From positions 3,781 to 67,780 of the forward strand of contig DBQX01000131.1 of assembly GCA_002305415.1 (NCBI GenBank): a stretch of 64,000 bases of DNA. Direction: 5' to 3'. Each line of letters opens with the position of its first letter. Position 1 is the stretch's first letter. Source of the DNA: Actinomycetales bacterium UBA1383 (lineage in GTDB: Bacteria > Actinomycetota > Actinomycetes > Actinomycetales > Actinomycetaceae). Below are positions 52,864 to 64,000 of the stretch, piece by piece. Under the pieces are notes generated by a model, which saw only the letters and a list, made by a program, of their open reading frames with translations, searched no databases and was not told the origin of the DNA. A program made the position numbers and the translations under genes.

Positions 52864-54003
<1,140 letters not shown>

Positions 54004-54070
54004 TCAGGCTACCATCAGACCGTTCGCCCGACGCGGGCACGGGGAGCGAAATTCGCCCGCGTGCGAGCGG

Positions 54071-55054
54071 TCAGTCGTCCAGCATCTCCTCGGTGAGGGC
54101 CGCGGCGGTGTCCGGGACCCCGAGTTCGCCGGCGCGCTTGTCCGCCATCGCCAGCAGGCGCCGGATACGGCCCGCGACCGCGTCCTTCGTGAGCGGCGGG
54201 TCCGACAGCTGGCCAAGCTCCTCGAGCGAGGCCTGCTTGTGCTCCAGCCGGAGCCGCCCGGCGACCAGGAGGTGCTCCGGGATGGTGTCCTCGCCCAGGA
54301 TCTCGAGGGCGCGCTCGACCCGCGCGCCTGCTGCCACGGCCGCGCGGGCGGAGCGGCGGAGGTTGGCGTCGTCGAAGTTGGCGAGCCGGTTCGCCGTGCC
54401 CCGGACCTCCCGGCGCAGCCTCTTCTCCTCCCACGCGAGCGTGGCATCGTGCGCCCCCATGCGCGTCAGCAACGTCGCGATCGCCTCGCCGTCCCGGACG
54501 ACGACGCGATCCACCCCCCGCACCTCACGCGCCTTGGCGCTGACTCCCAGCCTGCGGGCAGCACCCACGAGCGCGAGGGCAGCCTCGGGCCCGGGGCAGG
54601 TGACCTCGAGCGCACCCGACCGGCCCGGCTCCGTCAGGGACCCATGGGCGAGGAAGGCCCCACGCCACGCCGCCGCGGCCTCGATCAGCGAGGAGGAGAC
54701 CACCTGCGGGGGGAGCCCCCGGACAGGGCGCCCGCGGTTGTCGATCAGGCCGGTCTGCCGGGCGAGGACGGCGCCCTCCTGCACGACGCGGACGACGTAG
54801 CGGTTGCCCCGCCTCAGCCCCCCGCCGGAGACGACGATGAGTTCGCTCGGATGGCCGAAGACCTCCGCGATGTCCTGACGCAGCCGGCGCGCCGCGATCC
54901 CGGAGTCGAGTTCCGCCTCGACCACCACGTGGCCGGAGATGATGTGCAGTCCCCCAGCGAAGCGGAGCGTCGCGGCAACCTCCGCCTTCCGGGCCGAGAG
55001 CCGGTCCACCCGGACCCGCGCGAGTTCGTCCTTCACGTCCACGGTCAACGACAC
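54071..55054 (-). CDS. whiA: DNA-binding sporulation/cell-division regulator WhiA
   Basis: 327 aa. [14 protein letters not shown]......[18 protein letters not shown]....V.VEAELD....ARRL...I...FG, degenerate LAGLIDADG domains, and a C-terminal HTH ([32 protein letters not shown]). Confidence 0.95.
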   Translation of the reverse strand: MSLTVDVKDELARVRVDRLSARKAEVAATLRFAGGLHIISGHVVVEAELDSGIAARRLRQDIAEVFGHPSELIVVSGGGLRRGNRYVVRVVQEGAVLARQTGLIDNRGRPVRGLPPQVVSSSLIEAAAAWRGAFLAHGSLTEPGRSGALEVTCPGPEAALALVGAARRLGVSAKAREVRGVDRVVVRDGEAIATLLTRMGAHDATLAWEEKRLRREVRGTANRLANFDDANLRRSARAAVAAGARVERALEILGEDTIPEHLLVAGRLRLEHKQASLEELGQLSDPPLTKDAVAGRIRRLLAMADKRAGELGVPDTAAALTEEMLDD

Positions 55055-55069
55055 GACAGCATCCCTCCC

Positions 55070-56017
55070 TCAGCCCACATCCCCCAGCGCACCTTCGAAG
55101 GCGTCGCGATAGGCCGCAGCCAAGCGTAACGGGTCGTGTGTCTCCGGAGTCCGGGCACTGCGGACTTGGCGGAGGAGGACGCGTGCGCCCAGCAACCCCG
55201 CCGCGGCCTCGAAATCGTCCAGGTCACGGATGGCGACAGGATCGGCGATCACCGTCTCGAAGCGGAGGTCCGGTGCATGGGAGTGCAGCACCCGGAGGTG
55301 GTCTCCGGGTGACATGTTCTCGGTCTCCCCATGCTGCGTCACGAGGTTGGCGGTCAGGACGCGGTGCCGGCTGGTGTGGAGGGCGCGGTTGAGTTCCGGC
55401 ACGAGGAGGTGCGGAATCACCGACGTGTACCAGGACCCCGGCCCGAGGACGACGAAGTCGGCCTGCTCGATGGCCGTCACGGCCTGGGGACACGCCGGCG
55501 GGTTCGCCGGCTCCAGCCAGATCGAGATGACTTCGCCCGTGGTCGAGGCCACCCGGCTCTGGCCGCGTACCACAGCGGAGCCCTGCTCCGTGCGGACCGT
55601 CGCGGCGATCTCGAGGGGCACCATCGACATGGGGAGGACGACACCCCGGGCGCCGAGGAGGCGACCGACGAGGTCGAGCCCCGCGACGGGATCCCCGAGG
55701 CGCTCCCACGTGGAGACGATCAGCAGGTTCCCGACGGCATGGTTGTTGAGCGGCCCGTTCGTGTGGAACCGATGCTGAAGGATGTCACGCCAGATGTGCC
55801 CCCACTCCGTGTCGTCGCACAGCGCGGACAGGGCCATGCGCAGGTCGCCCGGAGGGAGGCACCCCAGTTCGGACCGCAGCCGCCCGGAGGAGCCGCCGTC
55901 GTCAGCGACCGTCACGACGGCGGTGAGATTGCGGCTCACGTGGCGGAGCGCCTGCAGCGAGGCCGAGAGCCCGTGGCCGCCCCCCAGCGCGACGACGCGA
56001 ACGGCGTTGTCCATCAT
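55070..56017 (-). CDS. yvcK: gluconeogenesis factor YvcK / CuvA (UPF0052, CofD-like)
   Basis: VVALGGGHGLSASLQALR......LTAVVTVADDGGSSGRLR.ELG.LPPGDLR.AL.AL...VLGPGSWYTSVIPHLLVPEL is the canonical YvcK family pattern. Confidence 0.92.
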   Translation of the reverse strand: MMDNAVRVVALGGGHGLSASLQALRHVSRNLTAVVTVADDGGSSGRLRSELGCLPPGDLRMALSALCDDTEWGHIWRDILQHRFHTNGPLNNHAVGNLLIVSTWERLGDPVAGLDLVGRLLGARGVVLPMSMVPLEIAATVRTEQGSAVVRGQSRVASTTGEVISIWLEPANPPACPQAVTAIEQADFVVLGPGSWYTSVIPHLLVPELNRALHTSRHRVLTANLVTQHGETENMSPGDHLRVLHSHAPDLRFETVIADPVAIRDLDDFEAAAGLLGARVLLRQVRSARTPETHDPLRLAAAYRDAFEGALGDVG

Positions 56018-56958
56018 TCACGCCCGACGTCGCGGTGCAGGGTCCGGATCTTCTGGCCTGTCCGGCGCAACCGCTCGGCGATCGCCTCCGAGATGGCGAC
56101 GGACCGGTGCTTCCCGCCCGTGCAGCCGACGGCGATCGTGACGTAGGGCTTCAGTTCGTGGACGTAGCCGGAGAGGATCGGTTCGATGGCCGCCACGTAC
56201 CGATCGACGAAGTCGACCGCTCCGGGCAGTCCGAGCACGTAGTCACGCACGTGCGGGTCGTGCCCGGTGAGGTGGCGGAGTTCCGCGACCCAGTACGGGT
56301 TGGCCAGGAACCGGACGTCGACGACGTGGTCGGCGTCGAGCGGGATGCCGTACTTGAAGCCGAACGACATCACGGTCAGGTGGAGCGGCGTCTCGTCGTC
56401 CTCGCCCACGAGTTCCCGGATCTTCCGCGCCAGGTCGTGGACCGACAGCGAACTCGTGTCGATGATGACGTCCGCACGGTTCTTCAGGGAGTGCAGCAGC
56501 GTGCGTTCGGTGGCGATACCGTCGAGGACGCGCCCGTCCCCCTGGAGGGGATGGGGCCGGCGCACCGCGTCGAAACGGCGCACCAGTTCGGCGTCGGAGG
56601 CCTCGAGGAAGATGATGCGGTAGTCCATCCCCATCGCACGGAGCTGGTCGATGACCGAGACCATCTCGGCGAAGAACTCGCGCGAGCGCACGTCGACGAC
56701 CGCCGCCAGGCGCGGGATGCCCTCCCCGGCACGCATCATCGTGGCGAACGTGATGAGCAGGCGGGGCGGGAGGTTGTCGACGACGTACCAGTCGAGATCC
56801 TCGAGTGCCGCCGCCGCGCGGGTCCGCCCTGCGCCCGACATCCCGGTGATGATGAGGAGCTCCGGGCGTTCGGAATTCGGAAGGGAGGCCTCCTCGTCGC
56901 GAAGCGGGATCCCGTTCGGGACGGTGGGTGGTCCCGGGGCGACGGGGGGTTCAGCCAT
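56014..56958 (-). CDS. rapZ: RNase adapter / nucleotide-binding protein RapZ (YvcJ)
   Basis: ORF 56014..57021 trimmed to the ATG at 56958. LLIITGMSGAGRTRAAAALEDLDWYVVDNLPP...SFGFKYG.PLDAD.V.DVRFL.NP.W...LR..TG.D..V..YV...VAVGCTGGKHRSVA is the canonical RapZ pattern. Confidence 0.92.
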   Translation of the reverse strand: MAEPPVAPGPPTVPNGIPLRDEEASLPNSERPELLIITGMSGAGRTRAAAALEDLDWYVVDNLPPRLLITFATMMRAGEGIPRLAAVVDVRSREFFAEMVSVIDQLRAMGMDYRIIFLEASDAELVRRFDAVRRPHPLQGDGRVLDGIATERTLLHSLKNRADVIIDTSSLSVHDLARKIRELVGEDDETPLHLTVMSFGFKYGIPLDADHVVDVRFLANPYWVAELRHLTGHDPHVRDYVLGLPGAVDFVDRYVAAIEPILSGYVHELKPYVTIAVGCTGGKHRSVAISEAIAERLRRTGQKIRTLHRDVGRE

Positions 56959-57007
56959 GATCCAAGCATGCCACGGGGTCCTCGGACCGCGGCGAGGGTC
57001 CGCGTGG

Positions 57008-58969
57008 TCAGTCCCGCTCACCGCCGGCGCGGAGGTGCAGCGCGATCGCCTCCGCCAGTGCGGGGCCGATTCCGGGGATCGTGGCGATCTCGTCGGGAGT
57101 CGCGGCCCGCAGGCGGGTGAGGGAACCGAAGTGGGTCAGGAGGGCCTTCGCGCGGGACGGCCCGATCCCCGGGACGGCGTCGAGGGCCGAGACGGTCATC
57201 GCGGCGGACCGGCGCGAGCGGTGCCGGGTGATCGCGACGCGGTGCGCCTCGTCGCGGACCCGTTGCAACAGGTGGAGCGCCTCGCTGCCGCGCGGCAGCA
57301 CGACAGGGAACTCCTCTCCGGGGACCCACACCTCCTCGAGCCGCTTGGCAAGCCCGACGACGGGCACGTCGACCCCGAGCTCCGTCAGGGCTCGGCGTGC
57401 GGCGTTGACCTGCGGGAGCCCCCCGTCGATGACGAGCAGGCCCGGTTCGTAGGCGAAGGACTCGCCGGGAGCGGCGGTCTCCCCGTCGACGGACGCCAGG
57501 GTGAACGGCTGGTCGGGCGGCGCGCCGTCGGGGGTGGTGCGCTGGGCCACGCGGGCCCGTCGGGCGCGTTCGAACCGCCGGGTGAGTACCTCGCCGATAG
57601 CCTCGGTGTCGTCGCGGGCGCCGTCGCCGCCCGACCCGCGGACGTTGAAGTGCCGGTAGTCGCGCTTCTTCGGCAACCCGTCCTCGAATACCACCATCGA
57701 CCCGACCTGGAGCGTCCCGCCGGTGTGGGAGATGTCGTAACACTCGATCCTCAGGGGCGAGTCCGGGAGGGAGAGGTAGCGCTGCAGCTCCTCGATGGCT
57801 CGCGAACGGGTCGCGAGGTCGGCGCCCCGGCGGAGCTTCGCCGACACCAGCGCCTGCCGTGCGTTCTCCTGCACCGTCTCCATCAGGGCCCGCTTGTCGC
57901 CCCGCTTGGGGACCCGCACGGACACGGCGCGGCCACCGGCCCGCCGCAACCAGTCGGCGAGGGCACCGGCGTCCTCCGGGAGGGCCGGCACGAGGACCTC
58001 CCGGGGAACGGCGTACGGCTGGACGCCGCCGGACTCGGCCAGTTCGCCGTACACCTGGATGAGCAGACGCTCGATGAGTTCGCCCTCCCCCGCGTCGTCC
58101 CCCCGATCCGTGACCCAGCCCCGCTGGCCACGGATCCGTCCCTGTCTCACGTGGAACACCTGGACGGACGCCTGCAGGTCGTCGACCGCGAGCCCGTAGA
58201 CGTCCGCGTCGGTGTCACCCGTGAGGACGACGGCGTTGCGTTCCGTCACCCGCTTGAGGGCCGCCACGTCGTCACGGAGACGTGCGGCGCGCTCATAGTC
58301 CTGGGCTGCGGCAGCGGCCCGCATCCCACGTTCGAGCTGGGTGAGGAAACGCCCGGTCTCCCCGGACATGAAGTCACAGAAGTCCTCCGCGATGGCCCGG
58401 TGCTCCGCCGCCGAGACGCGGCCGACGCACGGCGCGCTGCACTTGTCGATGTAGCCGAGGAGGCACGGACGCCCCGAAGTCCGCGCGCGCCGGAAGACCC
58501 CCAGCGAGCACGACCGGACCGGGAACACGCGCAACAGGAGGTCCATGGTCTCGCGGATCGCCCACGCATGGGTGTACGGCCCGAAGTACCGGTTGCCCTT
58601 CCGGAGTTCTCCGCGCACCACCTGAACCCGGGGGTACTCCTCCGCCATGGAGACGGAGAGGTAGGGGTAGGACTTGTCGTCGCGGAACATGAGGTTGTAG
58701 CGCGGCCGGAACTCCTTGATCCACGTGTACTCCAGGCTCAGCGCCTCGACCTCGCTCGCCACGACCGTCCACTGGACCCCTGAGGCGGAGGTGACCATGG
58801 AGCGGGTGCGGGGGTGTAGCCGGGAGGGGTCCTGGAAGTAGCTCGAGAGCCGCGCCCGGAGGTTCTTGGCCTTCCCGACGTAGAGGACACGGCCCTTCTC
58901 GTCATGGAAGCGGTAGACGCCCGGACCCTGGGGGATGTCCGAGGGCCTGTAGCTCGCGGGGTCGGCCAT
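57008..58969 (-). CDS. uvrC: excinuclease ABC subunit C
   Basis: ORF 57008..59098 trimmed to the ATG at 58969 ([45 protein letters not shown] is the GIY-YIG domain). It also has a UVR domain, an Endo V-like domain and a C-terminal (HhH)2 (IPGIGP..A). Confidence 0.96.
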   Translation of the reverse strand: MADPASYRPSDIPQGPGVYRFHDEKGRVLYVGKAKNLRARLSSYFQDPSRLHPRTRSMVTSASGVQWTVVASEVEALSLEYTWIKEFRPRYNLMFRDDKSYPYLSVSMAEEYPRVQVVRGELRKGNRYFGPYTHAWAIRETMDLLLRVFPVRSCSLGVFRRARTSGRPCLLGYIDKCSAPCVGRVSAAEHRAIAEDFCDFMSGETGRFLTQLERGMRAAAAAQDYERAARLRDDVAALKRVTERNAVVLTGDTDADVYGLAVDDLQASVQVFHVRQGRIRGQRGWVTDRGDDAGEGELIERLLIQVYGELAESGGVQPYAVPREVLVPALPEDAGALADWLRRAGGRAVSVRVPKRGDKRALMETVQENARQALVSAKLRRGADLATRSRAIEELQRYLSLPDSPLRIECYDISHTGGTLQVGSMVVFEDGLPKKRDYRHFNVRGSGGDGARDDTEAIGEVLTRRFERARRARVAQRTTPDGAPPDQPFTLASVDGETAAPGESFAYEPGLLVIDGGLPQVNAARRALTELGVDVPVVGLAKRLEEVWVPGEEFPVVLPRGSEALHLLQRVRDEAHRVAITRHRSRRSAAMTVSALDAVPGIGPSRAKALLTHFGSLTRLRAATPDEIATIPGIGPALAEAIALHLRAGGERD

Positions 58970-58979
58970 GGCCGCAACT

Positions 58980-61835
58980 CTAGGAGGCGGCCGCCGCGCC
59001 CACCAACGGCGCGAGGAACTGCCCCGTGTAGGAGCCGTCGACGCCGGCGACGTCCTCGGGCGTCCCCGCGGCGACCACCTCTCCCCCACCGTCGCCACCC
59101 TCCGGCCCGAGGTCGATCACCCAGTCCGCGCTGCGGATGACGTCGAGGTTGTGCTCGATGACGACAACGGTGTTGCCCTTGTCGACGAGGCCCTGGAGGA
59201 CCCCGAGGAGCTTCCGGATGTCCTCGAAGTGCAGGCCGGTCGTGGGTTCGTCCAGGACGTAGATCGTGCGCCCGAAGGACCGCTTGTGGAGCTCCGAGGC
59301 GAGCTTCACCCGCTGTGCCTCGCCGCCGGAGAGAGTCGTGGCGCTCTGGCCCAGGCGCACGTAGCCCAGACCCACACTGGTGAGGGTGTCCAGGTGCCGC
59401 GCGATGGCCGGGACGTGGGCGAAGAACTCCGCCGCCTGGGCGATGGGCATGTCGAGGACGTCGGAGACGTTGCGCCCCTTGTAGTGCACCTGCAGGGTCT
59501 CGCGGTTGTAGCGCGAGCCGTGGCACTCCTCGCACGGGACGTACACGTCCGGCAGGAAGTTCATCTCGATCTTCAGGGTGCCGTCGCCCTTGCAGGCCTC
59601 GCAGCGGCCACCCTTCACGTTGAAGGAGAACCGCCCGGGTCCGTATCCCCGGACCTTCGCCTCGGTGGTCTCGGCGAACAGGCGGCGGATGTGGTCCCAC
59701 ACCCCGGTGTAGGTGGCCGGATTCGATCGGGGGGTCCGTCCGATCGGTGACTGGTCGACGTGCACCACCTTGTCGAGGTGCTCGAGTCCCGTGACGCGGG
59801 AGTGGCGGCCGGGGACGACGCGCGCCCGGTTGAGTTCCCGGGCGAGGACGTTGTAGAGCACGCCGTTGACGAGGCTGGACTTGCCCGAGCCGGACACGCC
59901 GGTCACCGCGATGAAGCATCCGAGGGGGAACTCCACCGTGACGTCCTTCAGGTTGTGCTCCCGTGCACGCACGACGGTGAGCGTCCGGTTCGGGTCCCGC
60001 GGCCTCCGCACGGCAGGGGTGGGGATCGACCTGCGCCCCGCGAGGTAGTCGCCGGTGAGCGAGCCGGGGGCGGTGAGGAGCCCCTCGTAGCCTCCCGAGT
60101 GCACGATCTGCCCCCCGTGCTCGCCCGCGCCGGGACCGATGTCGACAACCCAGTCGGCCGAACGGATCGTGTCCTCGTCGTGCTCGACGACGATCAGGGT
60201 GTTGCCGAGGTCACGCAAGCGGGTGAGCGTCTCGATCAGCCGGCGGTTGTCCCGCTGGTGCAGCCCGATGCTGGGCTCGTCCAGCACGTACAGGACGCCG
60301 ACGAGCCCCGAGCCGATCTGGGTCGCCAGCCTGATCCGCTGCGCCTCTCCCCCGGAGAGCGTCGCCGCGGGACGGGACAGCGTGAGGTATTCCAGGCCCA
60401 CGTCGAGGAGGAACCCGAGTCGGGCGTGGATCTCCTTGAGGACCTGTGCCGCGATGGCCGTCTCCCGCTTTGTGAGCCGGATCGCGTCGAGGAACTGCTT
60501 GGCCCGGTCGATCGAGAGGTCGCACAGCTCGGCGATCGACAGGCCACCCACCTTGACGGCGAGCACCTCTGGTCGCAGACGGGCACCCCCGCACGCGGGG
60601 CAGGGTACCTCCCTCATGTACCCCTGGTACCGCTCCCGCGAGGCATCGGACTCGGTCTCGAGATGCTTGCGGTTGATGTAGTGGATGGCGCCCTCGAAGC
60701 CGGTGGTGTAGCTCCGTTCGCGCCCCCAGCGGTTGCGGTAGGTGACGTGCACCTCGTAGTCCCTGCCATACAGCAGGGCCTCCCTGGCCCGCTCCGGCAA
60801 CGCCCGCCACGGGATGTCGGTCGAGAACTTGAGGTCGGCAGCGAGCGCGGCGATCAGCCGGAAGTAGTACTGGGACTTCTCCCCCGGCCATACCGAGATT
60901 GCCCCCTGGGCAAGGCTAAGGTCCTCGTTCGGGACGACCAGTTCGGGGTCCACCTCCAGGTGGGTGCCGAGACCCGCGCACTCGGGACACGCGCCGTAGG
61001 GTGCGTTGAAGGAGAAGGTGCGGGGCTCGATCTCCGAGAGCGCGAGCGGGTGGTCGTTGGGGCAGGCCCGCCGTTCCGAGAATCGCAGCTGGCGGTCGGG
61101 GTGTTCGTCCGGAAGGTCCACGAAGTCGGCGATGATCTGGCCGTCCGCCAGGGCGAGGGCGGTCTCCACCGAGTCGGTGAACCGCTGCCCCGCCCCGGGA
61201 CGGACGACCAGCCGGTCGACGACGACGTCGATGGTGTGCTTGACGTTCTTCTCCAGCGTGGGCGGCTCGGACAGCGGGACCACCTGACCGTCGACCTTGA
61301 CGCGGGCGAACCCCTTCGAACGCAGTTCGGCGAAGAGGTCGACATACTCCCCCTTGCGCCCCCGAACGATCGGGGCCAGCAACTGGAAACGCGTTCCCTC
61401 CGGAAGCGCGGTGAGGTGGTCGACGATCTGCTGGGGCGTCTGGGCGGTGACGAGTTCCCCGCACGTGGGACAGGTCTGGGTGCCGGCCCGGGCATAGAGC
61501 AGGCGCAGGTAGTCGTACACCTCGGTGATGGTCCCCACGGTCGACCTGGGGTTGCGGTTGGTCGCCTTCTGGTCGATCGACACCGCGGGTGACAGGCCCT
61601 CGATGAAGTCGACGTGGGGCTTGTCCATCTGTCCGAGGAACTGCCGGGCGTACGAGGAGAGCGATTCGACGTACCGTCGCTGCCCCTCGGCGAAGATCGT
61701 GTCGAAGGCCAGCGACGACTTGCCGGAGCCCGAGAGCCCGGTGAACACGACGAGGGTGTTGCGTGGGAGGGAGAGCGACACATTCTTCAGGTTGTGTTCC
61801 CGGGCCCCGCTGACCACCAGGAAATCTGCCACCAC
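58980..61835 (-). CDS. uvrA: excinuclease ABC subunit A
   Basis: 951 aa. [35 protein letters not shown], a second Walker [16 protein letters not shown], two LSGGE signatures and zinc-finger Cys clusters. The start is a tandem GTG-GTG at 61835/61832. Confidence 0.97.
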   Translation of the reverse strand: MVADFLVVSGAREHNLKNVSLSLPRNTLVVFTGLSGSGKSSLAFDTIFAEGQRRYVESLSSYARQFLGQMDKPHVDFIEGLSPAVSIDQKATNRNPRSTVGTITEVYDYLRLLYARAGTQTCPTCGELVTAQTPQQIVDHLTALPEGTRFQLLAPIVRGRKGEYVDLFAELRSKGFARVKVDGQVVPLSEPPTLEKNVKHTIDVVVDRLVVRPGAGQRFTDSVETALALADGQIIADFVDLPDEHPDRQLRFSERRACPNDHPLALSEIEPRTFSFNAPYGACPECAGLGTHLEVDPELVVPNEDLSLAQGAISVWPGEKSQYYFRLIAALAADLKFSTDIPWRALPERAREALLYGRDYEVHVTYRNRWGRERSYTTGFEGAIHYINRKHLETESDASRERYQGYMREVPCPACGGARLRPEVLAVKVGGLSIAELCDLSIDRAKQFLDAIRLTKRETAIAAQVLKEIHARLGFLLDVGLEYLTLSRPAATLSGGEAQRIRLATQIGSGLVGVLYVLDEPSIGLHQRDNRRLIETLTRLRDLGNTLIVVEHDEDTIRSADWVVDIGPGAGEHGGQIVHSGGYEGLLTAPGSLTGDYLAGRRSIPTPAVRRPRDPNRTLTVVRAREHNLKDVTVEFPLGCFIAVTGVSGSGKSSLVNGVLYNVLARELNRARVVPGRHSRVTGLEHLDKVVHVDQSPIGRTPRSNPATYTGVWDHIRRLFAETTEAKVRGYGPGRFSFNVKGGRCEACKGDGTLKIEMNFLPDVYVPCEECHGSRYNRETLQVHYKGRNVSDVLDMPIAQAAEFFAHVPAIARHLDTLTSVGLGYVRLGQSATTLSGGEAQRVKLASELHKRSFGRTIYVLDEPTTGLHFEDIRKLLGVLQGLVDKGNTVVVIEHNLDVIRSADWVIDLGPEGGDGGGEVVAAGTPEDVAGVDGSYTGQFLAPLVGAAAAS

Positions 61836-61857
61836 CGCAGTCTAGGCCACGGATCGT

Positions 61858-61873
61858 TCGCACGCGCGTTCGA
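61858..61873. promoter_or_regulatory. candidate LexA (SOS/Cheo-type) box upstream of uvrA
   Basis: The plus strand reads TCGCACGCGCGTTCGA (minus strand TCGAACGCGCGTGCGA). It differs at one position from the Gram-positive/actinobacterial palindrome TCGAAC-N4-GTTCGA. It lies 13 nt upstream of a TAGACT (TAnnnT) -10-like hexamer at 61844-61839, which in turn sits 3 nt from the first uvrA GTG. Confidence 0.4.
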
Positions 61874-61924
61874 AACGCCCTCTGCCGGTTCCCGTGTCAC
61901 GGAGCCGCACGCTAGGGTGTCGCC

Positions 61925-62206
61925 ATGATCATCGCGGTGAGGTACGACTACGACCCCGAGCAGGATCTCTCGATCGTGCGGCCGGCACACCGCCAGTTCC
62001 TGAGGGGCCTCCTCGACGCCGGCTCACTCCTGGCGTCCGGACCGCTGCCTCGCTCGAACGGCGCGCTCATCATCCTTTCCGGGGACTCCCCCGAGGCGGC
62101 GCTCCAGCTGCTCGAGGCAGACCCGTTCCTCGCCGCGGGCTGCATCCTCCGTCGCACGGCGGAGGAGTGGGACCCGGTGCTCGGGGTGCTCGCCCCGAAG
62201 GGCTGA
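61925..62206 (+). CDS. YciI family protein
   Basis: 93 aa. MIIAVRYDY.......RP.HR.FL..L...G.LL.SGPL.....ALI.L......A...L..DPF..AG is the YCII-related domain pattern. Confidence 0.75.
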   Translation: MIIAVRYDYDPEQDLSIVRPAHRQFLRGLLDAGSLLASGPLPRSNGALIILSGDSPEAALQLLEADPFLAAGCILRRTAEEWDPVLGVLAPKG

Positions 62207-62211
62207 GAGGC

Positions 62212-63270
62212 TCAGCGCGAGCCTGTCGAGGTACCCGGGAGTGTCGTCGCATCCTCTCCCGGCACGGGCGGGATCTCCGGGTGGTGCGGGCCCGCCGCGG
62301 GGTGCCGTCTCGCGCCGACGGTCAGCGAGAGCGCCGTCGTCGCGACAAGCGTGCCTGCGATCACGGTGAGCGAGAGCCAGATCGGGACGTGCGGGACGTG
62401 GAAGGGCTCCCCCTGGTTGAGGAACGGGAGAGAGTTCGTGTGCAGGGCTTCAAGGACCAGCTTCACTCCGATGAAGAACAGGATGAACGCAAGGCCTCTC
62501 GGGAGGTAGACGAGCCGGTCCAGCAGCCCGCCGAGCAGGAAGTAGAGCTGGCGCAATCCCATCAGCGCGAAGAGGTTCGTCGAGAAGACGATGAACGGGT
62601 CCTTGGTCAGCCCGAAGATGGCAGGGATCGAGTCGAGCGCGAACATGAGGTCGGTGGCCCCGAGCGAGATCGTCACCAGGAGCATCGGCGTCCACATGCG
62701 CCGGCCGTCCACGACCGTTCGGAACTTCGCACCGGCGAAGTCCGGAGCGATGTTGGCGCGCCGGCGGATCCAGGCCGTGACACGACTCTCGCGGTACTCC
62801 TCGTCGTCCTCCTTCCCCCTGACCAGGCTCCATGCGGTGTAGATGAGGTAGGCCCCGAAGATGTAGAAGACCCAGCTGAACCGTGAGATCAGCGCGGCAC
62901 CGAGCAGGATCATGATGGCGCGCAGGATGAGCGCGATGATGATGCCGATCATCAGGGCCTCCTGCTGGTTCCGCGGAGGCACCCGGAACTTCGCGAGGAT
63001 GATCACGAAGATGAAGAGGTTGTCGATCGAGAGGCTGTACTCCGTGAGCCAGCCGGCATAGAACTCGGTCGCCACGGCCCAGGACGCGACGAGGCCGAGC
63101 ACGACGCCGAAGAGGAGCGCGAGGCTCACGTAGAAGACCACCCAGATCGTCGCCTCGCGGAACGAGGGGACGTGCGGCCTGCGTACCACGTACAGCAGGT
63201 CCAGGATGATGATCGTCGCCATGAACCCGAGGGAGATCACCTCGAATACGGGAGACAGATGCTCCGACAT
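62212..63270 (-). CDS. TerC family integral membrane protein
   Basis: 352 aa, polytopic. FYAGWLTEYSLSIDNLFIFVIIL..F.VP...Q...L..GI..AL.LR and the second repeat SLGATDLMFALDSIPAIFG.T.DPFIVF.SN.FA..GLRQLYFLL are canonical TerC/Alx motifs. Confidence 0.9.
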   Translation of the reverse strand: MSEHLSPVFEVISLGFMATIIILDLLYVVRRPHVPSFREATIWVVFYVSLALLFGVVLGLVASWAVATEFYAGWLTEYSLSIDNLFIFVIILAKFRVPPRNQQEALMIGIIIALILRAIMILLGAALISRFSWVFYIFGAYLIYTAWSLVRGKEDDEEYRESRVTAWIRRRANIAPDFAGAKFRTVVDGRRMWTPMLLVTISLGATDLMFALDSIPAIFGLTKDPFIVFSTNLFALMGLRQLYFLLGGLLDRLVYLPRGLAFILFFIGVKLVLEALHTNSLPFLNQGEPFHVPHVPIWLSLTVIAGTLVATTALSLTVGARRHPAAGPHHPEIPPVPGEDATTLPGTSTGSR

Positions 63271-63287
63271 GTGCCCTTCTCGTCAGG

Positions 63288-63382
63288 TCGTGAGGTCCCG
63301 GCGCAATCCGTGGGATCGGACTCGCGCCTCGTCCGGCGGGTCGCCGGCGCAGACCACCGCTTCAGGCTACTCCCTCCACCGG
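63288..63382 (-). promoter_or_regulatory. candidate yybP-ykoY (manganese) riboswitch in the terC-family leader
   Basis: The minus strand reads GGUGGAGGGAGUAGCCUGAAGCGG...GGCGACCCGCC...UCCGAUCCCACGGAUUGCGCCGGGACCUCAC. It contains the hallmark GGGAGUAGC block immediately after a P1 5' arm (GUG-GAGG) that can pair with ..GGGACCUCAC at the 3' end (compare ..AAGACCuuucc in characterised examples), plus two internal hairpins. TerC/Alx genes are the classic downstream genes of this riboswitch. The second conserved loop (UUGACAUA-like) is not evident by eye. Confidence 0.4.
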
Positions 63383-63426
63383 CGCAGCCAGCGGCCTCAT
63401 GACGGTGAGATGGCTCGCTCGCGCCC

Positions 63427-64000
63427 TCAGGCGGACCGCATCTGCCGCAGCTCCTTCTTCAGGTCCGCGATCTCGTCCCGCAGGCGTGCCGCCAACTCGA
63501 ACTGCAACTCGTCGGCTGCCGCGTGCATCTGCGCGGTGAGCTGCTGGATGAGTTCGGCCAGGTCCGCGGCCGCGTGGTCGTGGGATGAGGTCCGCTTCCC
63601 CGCGGAACGGCCCGGTTGCCGGTACCCGCCCTTGAGGAGCTGTTCGGTGTCAACGTCCTCCCGCGCGAGCATGTCCGTGATGTCCCCGATCCGCTTGCGC
63701 AGCGGAGTCGGGTCGATCCCGCGGGCGAGGTTGTAGGCGACCTGCTTCTCGCGACGCCGCTCGGTCTCGTCGATGGCCTCGCGCATCGCCGCCGTGATCG
63801 AGTCGGCATACATGTGGACCTCGCCCGACACGTTCCGGGCGGCGCGACCTATGGTCTGGATCAGCGACGTCGCCGAGCGAAGGAAGCCCTGCTTGTCGGC
63901 ATCGAGGATGGCGACGAGGGAGACCTCGGGGAGGTCGAGACCCTCGCGCAGCAGGTTGATGCCGACGAGCACGTCGAACTGGCCGAGGCGCAACTCGCGC
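63427..64000 (-). CDS. uvrB: excinuclease ABC subunit B, C-terminal part (5' end beyond the window)
   Basis: ...[70 protein letters not shown]...GI.P are helicase motifs V/VI. The C-terminal UVR domain follows ([21 protein letters not shown]). The frame continues open to base 64000. Confidence 0.95.
   Translation of the reverse strand, partial: RELRLGQFDVLVGINLLREGLDLPEVSLVAILDADKQGFLRSATSLIQTIGRAARNVSGEVHMYADSITAAMREAIDETERRREKQVAYNLARGIDPTPLRKRIGDITDMLAREDVDTEQLLKGGYRQPGRSAGKRTSSHDHAAADLAELIQQLTAQMHAAADELQFELAARLRDEIADLKKELRQMRSA

Noticed and set aside
56014-56958. The RapZ P-loop reads GMSGAGRT, with Arg in place of the canonical Walker A Lys.
   Set aside because: From memory, actinobacterial RapZ/YvcJ orthologues commonly carry GAGR in this position, so I treat it as a lineage trait rather than an anomaly. 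An alignment would confirm this.
62212-63270. TerC gene as part of a tellurite-resistance (ter) island.
   Set aside because: It is a single gene with no terZABDE or associated genes. TerC-family proteins of this type are generally housekeeping metal (Mn) exporters.

Overview
This 64-kb window comes from a very GC-rich actinobacterial (Actinomycetota) chromosome and is packed almost end to end with conserved housekeeping genes. I recognise about 63 protein genes, and all but seven are on the minus strand.

In minus-strand transcription order the window contains:
- uvrB (partial), terC, then yciI on the plus strand
- uvrA-uvrC-rapZ-yvcK-whiA
- gap-pgk-tpiA-secG-rbpA
- the plus-strand pentose-phosphate operon tkt-tal-zwf-opcA-pgl
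- ctaB-xerD-rarA and rpsD
- DUF948-alaS-ruvX-mltG, a prepilin-peptidase-like gene, and aroC-aroK
- efp-nusB
- pyrR-pyrB-pyrC-carA-carB-pyrF
- mihF-gmk-rpoZ-coaBC-metK-priA
- a HAD hydrolase, then fmt-rsmB-rpe
- an FMN riboswitch followed by a two-gene ABC importer
- hisE-hisG, a PH-domain protein, and DUF3866 on the plus strand
- pafB-pafC, tatA-tatC, a lipid kinase, helY and lnt-ppm1

Many neighbouring genes overlap by 1-4 nt (ATGA/GTGA), which indicates translational coupling.

I recognised no rRNA, tRNA, CRISPR array, transposase, prophage or defence gene. I do not see evidence for a novel multi-gene system here.

The points most worth a second look are:
- a clear FMN riboswitch driving an ATPase-less RibXY-like transporter at the position where actinobacteria normally keep the riboflavin biosynthesis operon
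- an AroK homologue with substituted P-loop and shikimate-site residues, sitting in a thinned-out aro cluster
- candidate PyrR, Mn (yybP-ykoY) and LexA regulatory sites
- pafBC without the neighbouring Pup-proteasome genes

The ORF track counts GTG and TTG as Met and reports the longest ORFs. Many of its entries are therefore N-terminally over-extended, or are Arg/Pro/Gly-rich antisense artefacts of the high GC content. I trimmed starts where homology, a Shine-Dalgarno sequence (SD) or an overlap with the upstream stop codon supported doing so.
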